Shown here one piece after another: positions 10,603 to 21,124 of a stretch of DNA of 64,000 bases. The notes under the pieces are model-generated. The model had not been told where the DNA came from. It did no database searches and worked only from the letters and a program-made list of their open reading frames with translations. Location: the NCBI GenBank assembly GCA_033762915.1, contig JANRLD010000013.1, positions 58,547-122,546 of the forward strand. Direction: 5' to 3'. The first letter of the stretch is position 1; each line of letters opens with the position of its first letter. Both the position numbers and the translations under genes were made by a program. Origin of the DNA: Meiothermus sp. Lineage in GTDB: Bacteria; Deinococcota; Deinococci; Deinococcales; Thermaceae.

Positions 10603-11741
10603 ATATCTTGAAAATCTCAGCAGTAGATCTGTCCGATCAGAGCGGCGCGGTGGATCACTTCGTGGGAGTCGCCAACGGCTTAAGTGAGGTCGGGGCAAGG
10701 GTCACGGTGGTGGCTTGCGAGAAGCAAAGCAACTACCCCCAGCGATTGGCCGCAGCGGTCACCGCCCACAAAGTCAATGTCGCAGGCAAGGGGGTCTATG
10801 CTTCTCTTGCGGCACTCTCTGATAAGGCCCTGGAGGTGCTTTCGAGCCAGCCCTTCGACGCGGTGTACCTGCGCACATTCCCGCTGGATTATCTCTTTTT
10901 GGCGCGGCACTTTGAGGGCTTAAGGGTTAAGGCGGTATGCGAGCTGAATACTAAGACTGGCCCGGAGTATCGTTCCAAGGGTAAGGCCCTGCGAGGCCGG
11001 GTCTATGAGTTTTTCGAGGGGCGTACTCTGGCCTCCTGCCGTGGCTGGCTGCCGGTGACTCAGGAGATTCAGACTTACGCCGCGCAAATCTCACGCACCC
11101 AAAAGCCTTTCATCATCGCCAAAAACGGCGTGGACTTCAGCGCCTTGGGCGGCCCTCAGGCCCGATCCAGTCGGGAGCGCATCCGCCAACAGCTCGGTGC
11201 TGGATCGGACCAGTTGGTTATGGTGATGCTGGGCTTTAACCGGCCCTGGCACGGCTATGAGCGGGCGGTCCAGATGCTTTCTTCCATGCCCAAGGCCCAG
11301 TTATGGTTGATCGGCAGCAGCGGCTCCGGCGACGAGGCGGCGGTCGAGACGGTGGCACGAGCCCAAGGCGTGGCGGATCGGGTCAAGGTGCTTCCTTGGA
11401 TGAAGCCTGGCGAGGCCGCGCCCTATGTGGCGGCTGCCGATCTGGGCTTGAGCGCCCTGGCGATTGACCTCAAAGACCTTGGCGAGGCCCAGCCAATGAA
11501 GGTGGCCACCTATTTGTACATGGGCCTCCCAGTGCTGACCAACTACCAGGACTTGCGCCTGGATAACAGCCTCCCCTTCGTCTTCCATACTCCTTCGAAT
11601 GATCCTAGAGTGCTGGCCCAGGTCGCCCTGGAACTCAACCCCTCTGACGATCTGCGGCGGCAGGCCCACCGCTTCGCGACGGATAATCTGAGCTGGCGGT
11701 CGGTTGGCCAAGAGACCCTCGATTTCCTCCGGCAAATTTAG
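10599..11741 (+). CDS. Glycosyltransferase family 4
   Basis: NGVD, PWHG, AADLG, P.KV..Y...GLPV motifs; translationally coupled. Confidence 0.85.
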   Translation: MNILKISAVDLSDQSGAVDHFVGVANGLSEVGARVTVVACEKQSNYPQRLAAAVTAHKVNVAGKGVYASLAALSDKALEVLSSQPFDAVYLRTFPLDYLFLARHFEGLRVKAVCELNTKTGPEYRSKGKALRGRVYEFFEGRTLASCRGWLPVTQEIQTYAAQISRTQKPFIIAKNGVDFSALGGPQARSSRERIRQQLGAGSDQLVMVMLGFNRPWHGYERAVQMLSSMPKAQLWLIGSSGSGDEAAVETVARAQGVADRVKVLPWMKPGEAAPYVAAADLGLSALAIDLKDLGEAQPMKVATYLYMGLPVLTNYQDLRLDNSLPFVFHTPSNDPRVLAQVALELNPSDDLRRQAHRFATDNLSWRSVGQETLDFLRQI

Positions 11742-11743
11742 CC

Positions 11744-12988
11744 ATGAAGCTCCTTTTCGTCACCACCAGCCTGCCCTTCGGTCCCGGCGAAGCCTTCGTG
11801 CTGCCCGAACTCGAGGAGATCGAGCGGCTAGGCCACACGGTGGTCGTGGTCCCCATGTACCCGCGCGGTGCGGTTGTCCACGCCAAGGCCAGAGCCCGCG
11901 AGGCGGCAGCTTTGAACCAGGGCATCCTGAGCCTTGAGATTCTCCGGGGCGCACTAAAGATGTTTTTGACTCGGCCCAAGGGTACCCTCGAGGCGTTGGG
12001 GCTGGTGCTCACACGCAAGCCGCTTCACCTGCTTAAGAACCTGATTTTCTTCCCCAAGGCGTTGTGGCTGGCCCAGCAGGTCAGGGCGCTGGGTGTGGAT
12101 CACGTCCACGCTCACTGGGTTTCGACCACCTCAAGCATGGCAATGGTGGCCAGTCACCTCACCGGGGTGCCCTGGAGCTTCACTGCTCACCGCTGGGACG
12201 TAGTTGAAAACAACCTGGTAGCTCGCAAAGCCGCCCGCGCCGCGCTGGCCCGCTTTATCTCCCAGAGCGGCCTCGAGATGGCCCGCCAGAACGGACTGGT
12301 CGCTAGCTCGAAGACCCGCGTGTTGCACATCGGGGTGCGGGTTGAGGAGGGCTACACGCCTGTACCGGCCCCGGCCCGCTCGAGCTTCCGAGTTCTCTGC
12401 CCGGCTAACCTGCTGCCAGTCAAAGGGCATACCTACCTGATCGAAGCCATGTCCCTACTGAAGGACTTGCCGGTGGAGCTGTGGCTGGCCGGGGACGGCG
12501 ATTTACGTAAGCCCCTGGAGGAGCAGGTCGCCAGGTTGCAATTGGACCAGCGGGTTCGCTTCTTGGGCGTTCTGCCACACGACCGTATTCTGAAGTTTTA
12601 CGCCGACCGGGAGATAGACCTGGTGGCGCTGCCCAGCGTGGATCTGGGGGGGGGAGTGCACGAGGGGATTCCAGTCTCGCTGATGGAGGCCATGGCCTAC
12701 GAGGTTCCGGTGGTCAGCACTTCCACCGGCGGGATACCCGAGCTTCTGGGGGGCGGGGCAGGGAGTCTGGTTCCGCCCCAAAACCCGCAAGCCCTGGCCG
12801 AGGCTATCCGGCAGCTTTACCAGTCCGAGGCTCTACGCCGGGACACCGCCCGAGCAGGCCACCAGGTTGTAGCTCGAAACTTTAACCTGTCTCGAGTTGC
12901 CCACGCGTTGTCTGATCACTTTGAGGCGGCCAGGGGACGGGCACAGGAGCCCGTCGGCCATAGCCGGGGTCTGAGCGCAAAGAGCTAA
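11744..12988 (+). CDS. Glycosyltransferase family 4 (WcaL-like)
   Basis: HVHAHW, SFTAH.WD, KGH..LIEA, EGIPVSLMEAMA motifs. Confidence 0.92.
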   Translation: MKLLFVTTSLPFGPGEAFVLPELEEIERLGHTVVVVPMYPRGAVVHAKARAREAAALNQGILSLEILRGALKMFLTRPKGTLEALGLVLTRKPLHLLKNLIFFPKALWLAQQVRALGVDHVHAHWVSTTSSMAMVASHLTGVPWSFTAHRWDVVENNLVARKAARAALARFISQSGLEMARQNGLVASSKTRVLHIGVRVEEGYTPVPAPARSSFRVLCPANLLPVKGHTYLIEAMSLLKDLPVELWLAGDGDLRKPLEEQVARLQLDQRVRFLGVLPHDRILKFYADREIDLVALPSVDLGGGVHEGIPVSLMEAMAYEVPVVSTSTGGIPELLGGGAGSLVPPQNPQALAEAIRQLYQSEALRRDTARAGHQVVARNFNLSRVAHALSDHFEAARGRAQEPVGHSRGLSAKS

Positions 12989-13081
12989 ACCCGGGCTAAA
13001 GATTAAGATTCCTCGAGGTAGCGTTTTGCGGCCTCGAGGCTTAGATTTTGGGGGTATACCGCCGGGTGTACTCGAGGCATT

Positions 13082-15643
13082 GTGAACAACATCGTCTGTG
13101 TGATTCTCCCTGTCTTACTGCTCGCGCTCGTGGCCTGTGGTGGCCCCGATTCCTCGTCCGCCCCCGCCCCGACCAGCCCCGGCACTGCGCCAGCCGACCC
13201 CAGCCCCGGCCTCCCGCCATCCGTGCCGGTGGAACGTTTCGGCCTGTGGTCGAGCCCCCAGACTTGGCCCTTGGGGCAGGTACCCAGGGCAGGCGAGGCT
13301 GTCACCATCCCGGTAGGCTTGGCGGTCACACTGGATGTGAGCCCGCCTCCTCTCAAGGGCCTCACCGTAAATGGCCACTTGGTCTTTGATCGCGAGAAAG
13401 ACCTGCGCCTCAGCAGCGACTGGATCATGGTGCACGGGCGGCTCGAGGTCGGTACCCCCGAGCGGCCCTATCTGCGCCGAGCTGAGATCGTCCTGACCGG
13501 CGACGATCCGAATCAGGACGTGATGGGCATGAGCACCAAGGCCATCGGAGTCATGGGGGGCGGGGCGCTGGAACTTCACGGCGAGCCCCGCCTGGGCTGG
13601 ACGCGGCTTGCCGCCACCGCCCCCAGGGGGGCTACCCAGATCACGGTGCAGGACTCCTCTGGCTGGCGGGTCGGCGACCAGATCGTGGTGAGCGCGACCG
13701 ACTACGATGCCCGGCAATCTGAGCCGCGCAGCCTCACCGCCGTCAGCGGTAACACCCTCACCCTGGATCGCCCGCTGGCCTATCTGCATTACGGGCAGGA
13801 GACCTTCGGGGTGGATCAACGCGGCGAGGTGGGGCTGCTCTCGCGCAACATCCTGATCAGGGGTGAGACCACCCTCGAGCAGGGCTTTGGCGGGCACCTG
13901 ATGGTGATGCGGGGCGGCTGGGCGCGGCTGTCGGGGGTCGAGCTGCGGCGAATGGGCCAGAAGGGGAGGATGGGGCGCTATCCTGTCCATTGGCACCTGG
14001 TGGGCGAGGTGGCCGGGCAGTATCTGCGCCAGTCCTCAATCCATCAGAGCTTCAACCGCTGCGTCACCCTGCACGGCACTAGCCGCGCCGAGGTGACCGG
14101 CAATGTGGCCTACGACGCGCTGGGCCACTGCTACTTCCTCGAGGACGGCTCTGAAATAGGTAACCGTCTAGAGGGCAACCTGGGCCTGCTCACCCGACCT
14201 CCGGCAGGGGGTGAGGAGATCATCCCCAGCGATAGCCTGGCCTCGACTTTCTGGATCACCAATCCCGACAATGTGGTACGGGGTAACGTGGCGGGGGGCT
14301 CGAGGAGCGGTTTCGGTTTCTGGTACGCTCTGCCGCAAAACCCCATCGGGGCCTCGAGGTCGGCAACTAACGATGCCTCGGTCTTTCCCCGCCGCACCCC
14401 GCTGGGTGAGTTCTCCGGCAATGTGGCCCACTCCAACGGCGCGGCAGGGCTGATGGTGGGTATGGGAATTGATGCCCAGGGCCTGACACAGGCTATGCGC
14501 TATACCCCCAGAACTAACCCCGCAGACCCCGCCTCGAGCCCCGTGGTGGCCGAGTTTAGGAACCTCACTGCGTACAAAAACCGAGGTCAAGGGGCTTGGC
14601 TGGGGGGTGATAGCCAGCGGCTGACGGGGGCACGGCTTGCCGACAACGCGGTGGGGGTCTCGCTGGCGTACAACGCATTGAGCGTAGAGGATGCGCTGAT
14701 CGTGGGCGATTCGGATAATCTGGGCCAGCCCGAGGTGGGCTCCGGTGAGATCACCGGCCCCGGTGGGCGCACCCTGCCGCGCCCCTTCAGCGCCGAGACG
14801 GCCCGTTTTCCGGTGCGCGGCCTCGAGTACTATGGCGGCCCGGCGGGCTTCCGCAATGTGCGCTTCGTCAACTTTCAGCCCAACAGCGTCCGCCCGGCCT
14901 CCGCCCTCAGCTACCAGAACTTCACCTCCTATCCCACAGACGCACGAAACTACGCTGAGGCCGCCCAACTGGTCAACGCCCAGCCGGTCTATTTCGCCCC
15001 CCGGCTCGAGCCCACCCCGGCCCAGGTCGCCCGCGACGACAACGCCGACGCCTACCGTAGCGCTGCCATTCTCGACCGTGACGGCAGCCTGACCGGTCGG
15101 GCGGGCCAGACCGTGGTCTACGACGATCCCTTCCTCGCCGACGCCTTCTGCACTCCCCAGCCCGCCTGGAACGCCCAGGTCTGCCCCCACCGCTACGCCC
15201 GCTTCCTCTTGCGTAACCTCAGCCGCCAGGGTGAGATCGCCCCACTGACCCTGACCCGAGAGGAGGGCACACGGCCCTCTTTCCGTATGTGGGGCAGCCC
15301 CGAGGGGGGGAGCAACAGCGAGTTCTCGAGTTCGCTGATACTGGGCCGCAGTTACTCGCTGCGCTTCGCTGGGGCCGCCCCCAGTAACTTCCGGGTTTTC
15401 CTACTCAACGCCGCCACAGGCAGCATCGCCCTCTCGCTGGCCTACCCTTCCGCTCCGCACGTCTACGGCCCCGGCGTCACCGACGCTCACAAGCTGGCCT
15501 CCATGCCCAGCATCGCTGCTCTGAACGCCAGCAGCCAGTCGGCCTACTTCTTCGACGGCAGTATCGTACACGTCAGGCTGGTCATCCCTGCTGGTGCCGA
15601 CATTGTGGGGATGAACGTCTGCCGCAACAATCTGTGCCGCTGA
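13082..15643 (+). CDS. G8-domain, parallel beta-helix lipoprotein (TMEM2/CEMIP-like)
   Basis: Lipobox LVAC; WS.P.TW..G.VP G8 start; EVGLLSRNI, GRYPVHWH, HCYFLEDG.E..N and FWITNPDN motifs typical of this family. Confidence 0.85.
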   Translation: MNNIVCVILPVLLLALVACGGPDSSSAPAPTSPGTAPADPSPGLPPSVPVERFGLWSSPQTWPLGQVPRAGEAVTIPVGLAVTLDVSPPPLKGLTVNGHLVFDREKDLRLSSDWIMVHGRLEVGTPERPYLRRAEIVLTGDDPNQDVMGMSTKAIGVMGGGALELHGEPRLGWTRLAATAPRGATQITVQDSSGWRVGDQIVVSATDYDARQSEPRSLTAVSGNTLTLDRPLAYLHYGQETFGVDQRGEVGLLSRNILIRGETTLEQGFGGHLMVMRGGWARLSGVELRRMGQKGRMGRYPVHWHLVGEVAGQYLRQSSIHQSFNRCVTLHGTSRAEVTGNVAYDALGHCYFLEDGSEIGNRLEGNLGLLTRPPAGGEEIIPSDSLASTFWITNPDNVVRGNVAGGSRSGFGFWYALPQNPIGASRSATNDASVFPRRTPLGEFSGNVAHSNGAAGLMVGMGIDAQGLTQAMRYTPRTNPADPASSPVVAEFRNLTAYKNRGQGAWLGGDSQRLTGARLADNAVGVSLAYNALSVEDALIVGDSDNLGQPEVGSGEITGPGGRTLPRPFSAETARFPVRGLEYYGGPAGFRNVRFVNFQPNSVRPASALSYQNFTSYPTDARNYAEAAQLVNAQPVYFAPRLEPTPAQVARDDNADAYRSAAILDRDGSLTGRAGQTVVYDDPFLADAFCTPQPAWNAQVCPHRYARFLLRNLSRQGEIAPLTLTREEGTRPSFRMWGSPEGGSNSEFSSSLILGRSYSLRFAGAAPSNFRVFLLNAATGSIALSLAYPSAPHVYGPGVTDAHKLASMPSIAALNASSQSAYFFDGSIVHVRLVIPAGADIVGMNVCRNNLCR

Positions 15644-15767
15644 GGCTCGGGCCTTTCGCCAGCGCCCGCTCGGGAAAGCCCATACTTAGGCATAGAGGTG
15701 GTGGGCGCTCCACACCGAGCCAGCCATCAGACGGCCTTGGACTCGCCCCACAGTGGGGTATAAGTGT

Positions 15768-15853
15768 CATAGTTGCAATGCGAAGTGTCGCCCGCCAGGT
15801 CCCACAGGGAATTGCGTCTCGGGTAGCCGCTCTGCGGCTATGGCGCACGCCAC
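15768..15853 (-). repeat. Dispersed repeat family B, copy 3 (partial)
   Basis: Reverse complement GTGGCGTGCGCCATAGCCGCAGAGCGGCTACCCGAG...CAATTCCCTG...CAACTATG closely matches 3191-3276. Confidence 0.75.
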
Positions 15854-16120
15854 ATGGTAGGTCCCGATGAGCAGGCGCTTGGCCCGCTGCCACGATGTTG
15901 CGACTGCCCGCCTCGTGCACAGGTAGCCCGAGCCCGACCCGCCCTGACTCCGGGTTGAAGCCGTACAGCCGCAGGTGCTCGTACCACATCCTCACCCCGT
16001 AAAAATCCGGCGGGCTCTAGGTGAACACCCGTCGGTGGGGTGACAGACTCGAGGGCCGGACCGTTTGAACCACTGTCGCACGGCGGTCTGCTCTGGTTGT
16101 TTCGCAGGCCAAAAGGGTGA

Positions 16121-16144
16121 CCAGCCGCCCTTGAGGGCGGCTGG
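16121..16144. terminator. GC-rich hairpin between converging genes
   Basis: CCAGCCGCCC-TTGA-GGGCGGCTGG. Confidence 0.55.
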
Positions 16145-16166
16145 CCGGGCACTTTTCATTTCAGGA

Positions 16167-19094
16167 CTATGGTCCGAGGAATCGGGTCAGTACGTTTCGG
16201 GTAATCCTCGAGATCGTTCCATCTGTAGCTAAGCAGGAGATGTAGGAGAGCGATCCACCCGAGAAGACCCGTCCACCTGTGGGGTGGGCGATGTAGACCA
16301 TAAAGCCTCCCCGATCACCAGTGGTGCGTCCTGCCGCGTAGGGGTTGCTGCCTCTGGCGATCAGCTCGGTGCTGGCTGGCGTCGAGGCTGCCACCTTGTC
16401 CAACTCCCAGCCCGAACAGCCCTGCCCGGCATTACCGGTGGCCCCAAAGGTACTGCCGTTGGTCAAACCGGTTCCTGCCAGCGTCCAGTGGCTGGCGTTC
16501 TGCACAACGAAGGGTGCGTACGTTCCGAAGTCTACGTCGGTAAACTGTACCCCCAGTACGGCGGCTTCAGGTCGGCCCAAGTTGCGCCACAGGCCTCCAG
16601 ACTCGGGGGTGGTAGAGAGGGTGTGGCTGCTGAAGTCTTTGCGCACTTCGATCTGCTCTCCCCTTGAGACCACCTTCCAGTACATCTGGTTAGCGCCCAG
16701 GTTGACAACGCTGTTGCCTGCCCGCAGAAATTCGTCCACCCTGTCGCGCATGCTGGTGGTGTAGTACTCGTCATGGCGGTCGAGGATCATCACCCGGTAG
16801 CCGCTTAGAGCGTTGCGGTCACGGTCCAGGTCGGTGTTGCTGATTACATCGTAGCTATAGCCCTGTGACTCGAGCCAGCGCAGCATCACTACCGTCCCGA
16901 AGGCGTAGTGCTCGTTCCTCGAGGTCAACGCCAGTGAGACCGGCATCGGGCGCTGTGAGGAGAGGATGTAGCTGACGCTGGCCCCGCCGCAGGTGTTGGA
17001 GGCGCACTGGTAAAGGCTGGCTCCGCCCCAGTTGTTGTAGGCCTGCCAGGTGTAGTTGCCCGCCATTACTACGATGGGAGGCTGGGGGGTGGCGGCGGTG
17101 GGGCTGCGCTTGACCACCACTGGCACGCTGCTACAGTAGGCATCGCGGCCGGCGGGTGGGTTACGCTCGATCAGCTTGAAGTTGTACAGGCCACCGGGCC
17201 ACTCGGCGGGGATGGTGATGCGATAGGCGGTGGGCCAGTTTACCCCCGTCTCGTAGGGCTTAGCTGGCACGCTCTGGGCGGCGCCCGCGATGCCATCCAC
17301 GAAGAGCCGGAGCTGGGAGAGATGGGCCAGAGTGGACTGGCTGCCTTCGCGGTAGACAGCCAGGGCGAAGTTGCCGGTCGGCGAGTTGACCTTCAGCTCG
17401 AGGGTCTCGCCGGGCAGGTAGGAAATCTTGTCGCTATAGCCCACAATGCTGCTGGTGTCAGCGGATATCCGCTCAAAACAGTAGGGTACCGCTGCTGCAC
17501 TGGTGGTCAGGCTGAGGTTGACCCAACTGCTGTTCCCGAGGGCGTTGGTGGCCCGCAGCCGTAGAGTGTAGAGCGTGTTGGGGATGAGGTCGGTCAGGCT
17601 GACGCTGGTGGCGTTGGCTGGGCTGAGGGGCACCGGGTTCCAGGTGCTGGGGCTGCCGCCAAGGCCGCGCTCGAGGGCGTAGCCGGTGGCGTTGGCGACT
17701 CCCGACCACGACAATGTCACGCTTGAATGGCTAAGATTGCTGAAGCTGAAGCTAGCGGGGGTGCCTGGAGCGCCGCTGGGCGTTGTGACGGCCAAAGTTA
17801 GCCAGATGCTCGATCCCTCGGGGCTGTTGGCCCGCAGGCGGTAGGTGTAGAGGGTGGAGGGGGTCAGGCCGCTGTCGGTGATACTGTTGGCGGTGGGGCT
17901 GCTCAAGGTGATCGGCGTCCAGGAGGTAGGGCTGTTGCCCGAGCCGCGCTCAAGGGTATAGCTGGTGGCCCCTGCGGGGCCAAGCCAGCCGAGCTGGGCA
18001 CTGCTGGGGGTCAGGTTGTTGCTGGTGAAGTTGCGGGGCTGAAGCACTGTGCATCCGGTCTGCCCCGCGGGGAGCGAACCCATCCATGCTAGGGGTGCAG
18101 CCAGGCTACCGGCGGTCACGATCCGGCACAAGGGAAGGTGATTGTCGCCGGAGTAGTTGGTGCCGGTAAGGGTGCGGATGCTCTGGGCTGCCACCACCTC
18201 CGGCCCGCTGAAGGGCTGGCCCGCCACGGTGGCTGAGCGCTGCTCCTCGAGGCTCTGTGAGAAGGTCGGGGCGTCGTCGTACCCCACCGCGAACAGAAGG
18301 GTGAAGGTGTCGGGCGATTCGGCTCTAGAGGCGCTGCGGGGGTAGTTGAAGGCCAGGGCCATGTAGCCCCGATCGCAGCTCGAGGGGGTGCAGCCCCTGG
18401 CTCCGATGACGCGCTTCTGCGCGGGGGTAAGGCCGCCCCTGGAATTGCGGGCGATGAAGCCGTACTGCAAGGGCTCCACCTCGGTGGGAACCCCCAGGGT
18501 GGTGAGTTGGGTTCGGATGCTTGCCACCTCGTCGCGGGTCAGGAACCCCAGGTTGGCGTTGGCGAGGCTGACGTAAGAGACCCACCCGGCGTTGTACATG
18601 CCGTGGCTGGGCACGAAGCTGCGGGCCACGGCAGGGTCGCTAACAGGGCTGCCATTCCCGGCCAGAATGCTGGTCAGGGCAGTGCCCCCTACCGAGCGGG
18701 CGGGGTCGTTGAGGGCGTAAAAGGTCAGGTTGTTGAAGGTGGTGTTGGTGGTGTTGATGATGTCCAGGACGGCGGTGAGCGAGCGGATGGTGGGCGAGGT
18801 AGGGGTGCTGGTGGTGTCGAGCACCTGTACCACCCGAGTGCTCACCTGTGGCAGAGCGGCTACGACGTTGACGGCTTGGGGGCGAAGGTCGCCCCCCGCA
18901 TACCCAACCCACTGCGCGGTCGCCGAGGGGGTGCCGCCGGACTCGATCCCCGATACTGTGACCGCCACCACTCCCAGCATCCCGGCACTGTTGCCTTGGT
19001 CCGGGTTGGGGGGGGCGGCGGTCTGCACGTTACACGCCGCCGCGACGATGAGTATGCTCAATGTAAGAAGACGAAAACCAAGACCAAAGCGCAT
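16167..19094 (-). CDS. Lipoprotein with Deinococcota-type N-terminal domain, two fibronectin type III domains and a DmfA2_C-like domain
   Basis: Lipobox AAAC; FN3 motifs (L.W...GATSY.LER...DSGLTPSTLYTYRLRA.N..G.S); TWQAYNNWGG, HDEYY, NQMYW, GWELD motifs. Confidence 0.82.
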   Translation of the reverse strand: MRFGLGFRLLTLSILIVAAACNVQTAAPPNPDQGNSAGMLGVVAVTVSGIESGGTPSATAQWVGYAGGDLRPQAVNVVAALPQVSTRVVQVLDTTSTPTSPTIRSLTAVLDIINTTNTTFNNLTFYALNDPARSVGGTALTSILAGNGSPVSDPAVARSFVPSHGMYNAGWVSYVSLANANLGFLTRDEVASIRTQLTTLGVPTEVEPLQYGFIARNSRGGLTPAQKRVIGARGCTPSSCDRGYMALAFNYPRSASRAESPDTFTLLFAVGYDDAPTFSQSLEEQRSATVAGQPFSGPEVVAAQSIRTLTGTNYSGDNHLPLCRIVTAGSLAAPLAWMGSLPAGQTGCTVLQPRNFTSNNLTPSSAQLGWLGPAGATSYTLERGSGNSPTSWTPITLSSPTANSITDSGLTPSTLYTYRLRANSPEGSSIWLTLAVTTPSGAPGTPASFSFSNLSHSSVTLSWSGVANATGYALERGLGGSPSTWNPVPLSPANATSVSLTDLIPNTLYTLRLRATNALGNSSWVNLSLTTSAAAVPYCFERISADTSSIVGYSDKISYLPGETLELKVNSPTGNFALAVYREGSQSTLAHLSQLRLFVDGIAGAAQSVPAKPYETGVNWPTAYRITIPAEWPGGLYNFKLIERNPPAGRDAYCSSVPVVVKRSPTAATPQPPIVVMAGNYTWQAYNNWGGASLYQCASNTCGGASVSYILSSQRPMPVSLALTSRNEHYAFGTVVMLRWLESQGYSYDVISNTDLDRDRNALSGYRVMILDRHDEYYTTSMRDRVDEFLRAGNSVVNLGANQMYWKVVSRGEQIEVRKDFSSHTLSTTPESGGLWRNLGRPEAAVLGVQFTDVDFGTYAPFVVQNASHWTLAGTGLTNGSTFGATGNAGQGCSGWELDKVAASTPASTELIARGSNPYAAGRTTGDRGGFMVYIAHPTGGRVFSGGSLSYISCLATDGTISRITRNVLTRFLGP

Positions 19095-19484
19095 AATGTA
19101 GCCCCCTGTCTAGAACTGTTTGATTGGCTGTAGAAAACCGTTTCAAATGTTCTGCCCACCTCGATTCTGATTGTTTTGCGCGAAAATTGTGACTATTTAA
19201 CACTTTCACGAGCCGATTACGGGAGGCGAAACCGTGCGACACAGTGAGTTGAACCGACCTATGGGAAGACGATTTAACTCCGCAGTGATGGCAGAAGAAA
19301 CAGGGAATAGAGGTACCGGGGTTAACGCACCCGGCACCAAGGGAGGGCAAAAGACCTCGAAGTTATCTGGGGCAAACGCTGTACTTAACGCTGGTCCTCG
19401 GTAAGAGGTCGTATGTCGTCCCGTGGGGCAGCCGCCGTGGCTCGCTACGCGCTGTGCCCCGCCACAGGTTGAGCGATCCTGGCA

Positions 19485-21017
19485 TCAGAGTCGATTGCGG
19501 CTGAGATCCCGCAGCACAACTCTGGCCGCGTTTCTGCCGCTCGCGCCCATGATCCCACCGCCGGGGTGGGTGCTGGCCCCGGTGAGATACAAGCCCTTGA
19601 TGCCCTGAAACTTGTACTCGTGCGAGCCCAGCCAGGGCCGCAGCATGAACATCTGATCGAAGCCCATCTCGAGGTGCATCACGTTGCCCGAGGGCATGGC
19701 GAACTCGCTCTCGAGCCAGGCCGGGGTCTGCACCAACTCAGCCTTTATCTTGTTGCGGATGTCGGGGTCGAAGCGTTCGAAGCTCTTGATGACGCCCTCA
19801 CGGGCCTCGGCCACTCGAGTCTCCCAGGTCCCCGAGGCCAAGTGATAGGGGTAGTACTGCGCCCACAGCCAAAGCGTCTCGCCGCCCGGCGGGGCCAGGC
19901 TCTCGTCCACCGCGCTGAAGCTCATGGCGATGAGCGGTGGGTCGGCGGTGGGCTGGCCCGCCAGGTACTCGCCGTAGGCCCGGTTGAGCTGTAACTCGTC
20001 GGTGATGAGCAGCCCTAGCCCGGTGCGCGACTGCGGGCCGGGGTGGGTCTGGTAGCGCAGCTTTTCCGACAGTCCCAGCCGCAGGACGAGGCCGAAGCCG
20101 TTGCCTATGCGCAGACTTTTGGCGTTTGCGGGAATCTTGTCCTGCGGCAACATGGCCAGGGTTTTTTGGACATGTGAGCCCGCCACCACCAGCTTGGCGC
20201 TGACGCTCGAGCCGTCCTCGAGCACCACCCCCTCGGCCTTGTTGTTCCTCACCACGATCTGCCTGACCGGCGAGCCCAGATGAACCTTGCCGCCTTTGGC
20301 CTCGATCGCCCTCACCAAGGCCAGCGAGAGGCCGCCCGAGCCGCCCCTGGGCCGCGCCACTCCCCCGACGTGGTATAGCGGGTGCCACAGCAGGAAGGGG
20401 GCCGAGAGGGGGTCGGAGGGCGGCGGGCCGGATTGTGCGGCCATCCAGACCAGCGGGGCCCGCACCCGCTCGTCGGAGAAGTATTCTCTCGCCACGTCGC
20501 CGTAGGGGCGGAGGATCTGCGGCAGCCGGGTCTGCCACTCGCGCCCCATCCCCGAGCCCACGATCAGGTGTCGGCCCAGGTTGAGCGGGCTGGGGGTGTT
20601 GAGGAACGCCTCCTTCACCGCCTGCCCGAAGGGCAGCCAGTCGCGCATGAAGCGCCGGTAGGCCTCGCCCTGGCCGGGGAACTGTGAATCGAGCTCGTCG
20701 GCAGTCCGCTCTGGGTCGCGCCAGACAAACCAGCTCTGACGGGCGTCGGAGGCGTGGAACATCGGGTCAAGCTCGAGGTACTCCAGGCCGTAGCGGTGCA
20801 GCTCCAGCTCCTCGACAATCGGCGTCAGCCGAATCAAAATGTGGGCGCTCCCGCCGAGGTCGAACCTAAATCCCTCGTGGTCTATCGTCGAGACCGCTCC
20901 CCCGGGCACGGCGCGGCGCTCAAACACCCCCACCCTATACCCCGCCTTGGCCAGGTAAGCCGCCGCGATCAGCGCGTTGTGCCCCGCCCCCACCACTGCC
21001 ACGTCGAAATCCGGCAT
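19485..21017 (-). CDS. crtO: Carotenoid ketolase CrtO (phytoene-desaturase-like FAD oxidoreductase)
   Basis: GAGHN dinucleotide motif; [35 protein letters not shown] and [19 protein letters not shown] match the Deinococcus CrtO sequence as I recall it; start at MPDFD (ATG 21017). Confidence 0.88.
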   Translation of the reverse strand: MPDFDVAVVGAGHNALIAAAYLAKAGYRVGVFERRAVPGGAVSTIDHEGFRFDLGGSAHILIRLTPIVEELELHRYGLEYLELDPMFHASDARQSWFVWRDPERTADELDSQFPGQGEAYRRFMRDWLPFGQAVKEAFLNTPSPLNLGRHLIVGSGMGREWQTRLPQILRPYGDVAREYFSDERVRAPLVWMAAQSGPPPSDPLSAPFLLWHPLYHVGGVARPRGGSGGLSLALVRAIEAKGGKVHLGSPVRQIVVRNNKAEGVVLEDGSSVSAKLVVAGSHVQKTLAMLPQDKIPANAKSLRIGNGFGLVLRLGLSEKLRYQTHPGPQSRTGLGLLITDELQLNRAYGEYLAGQPTADPPLIAMSFSAVDESLAPPGGETLWLWAQYYPYHLASGTWETRVAEAREGVIKSFERFDPDIRNKIKAELVQTPAWLESEFAMPSGNVMHLEMGFDQMFMLRPWLGSHEYKFQGIKGLYLTGASTHPGGGIMGASGRNAARVVLRDLSRNRL

Positions 21018-21124
21018 ACCGGGACATGATACGTCAGGGGAGGGGCCAGGGAGTCCTGCCGGCCCCACCCGATGTCGCGTTGACCCCTTTGCCATCCGGT
21101 AGAATCATGGGGCTGTTCACGCCT

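Noticed and set aside
15925..16010. Possible gene remnant (minus strand DFYGVRMWYEHLRLYGFNPESG)
   Set aside because: Protein-like but too short to assign, and it matches nothing else in the window.
918..19094. A dimethylformamide degradation pathway
   Set aside because: The proteins are exported lipoproteins with stalk domains; I see no small subunit or methylamine/formate catabolism genes nearby.
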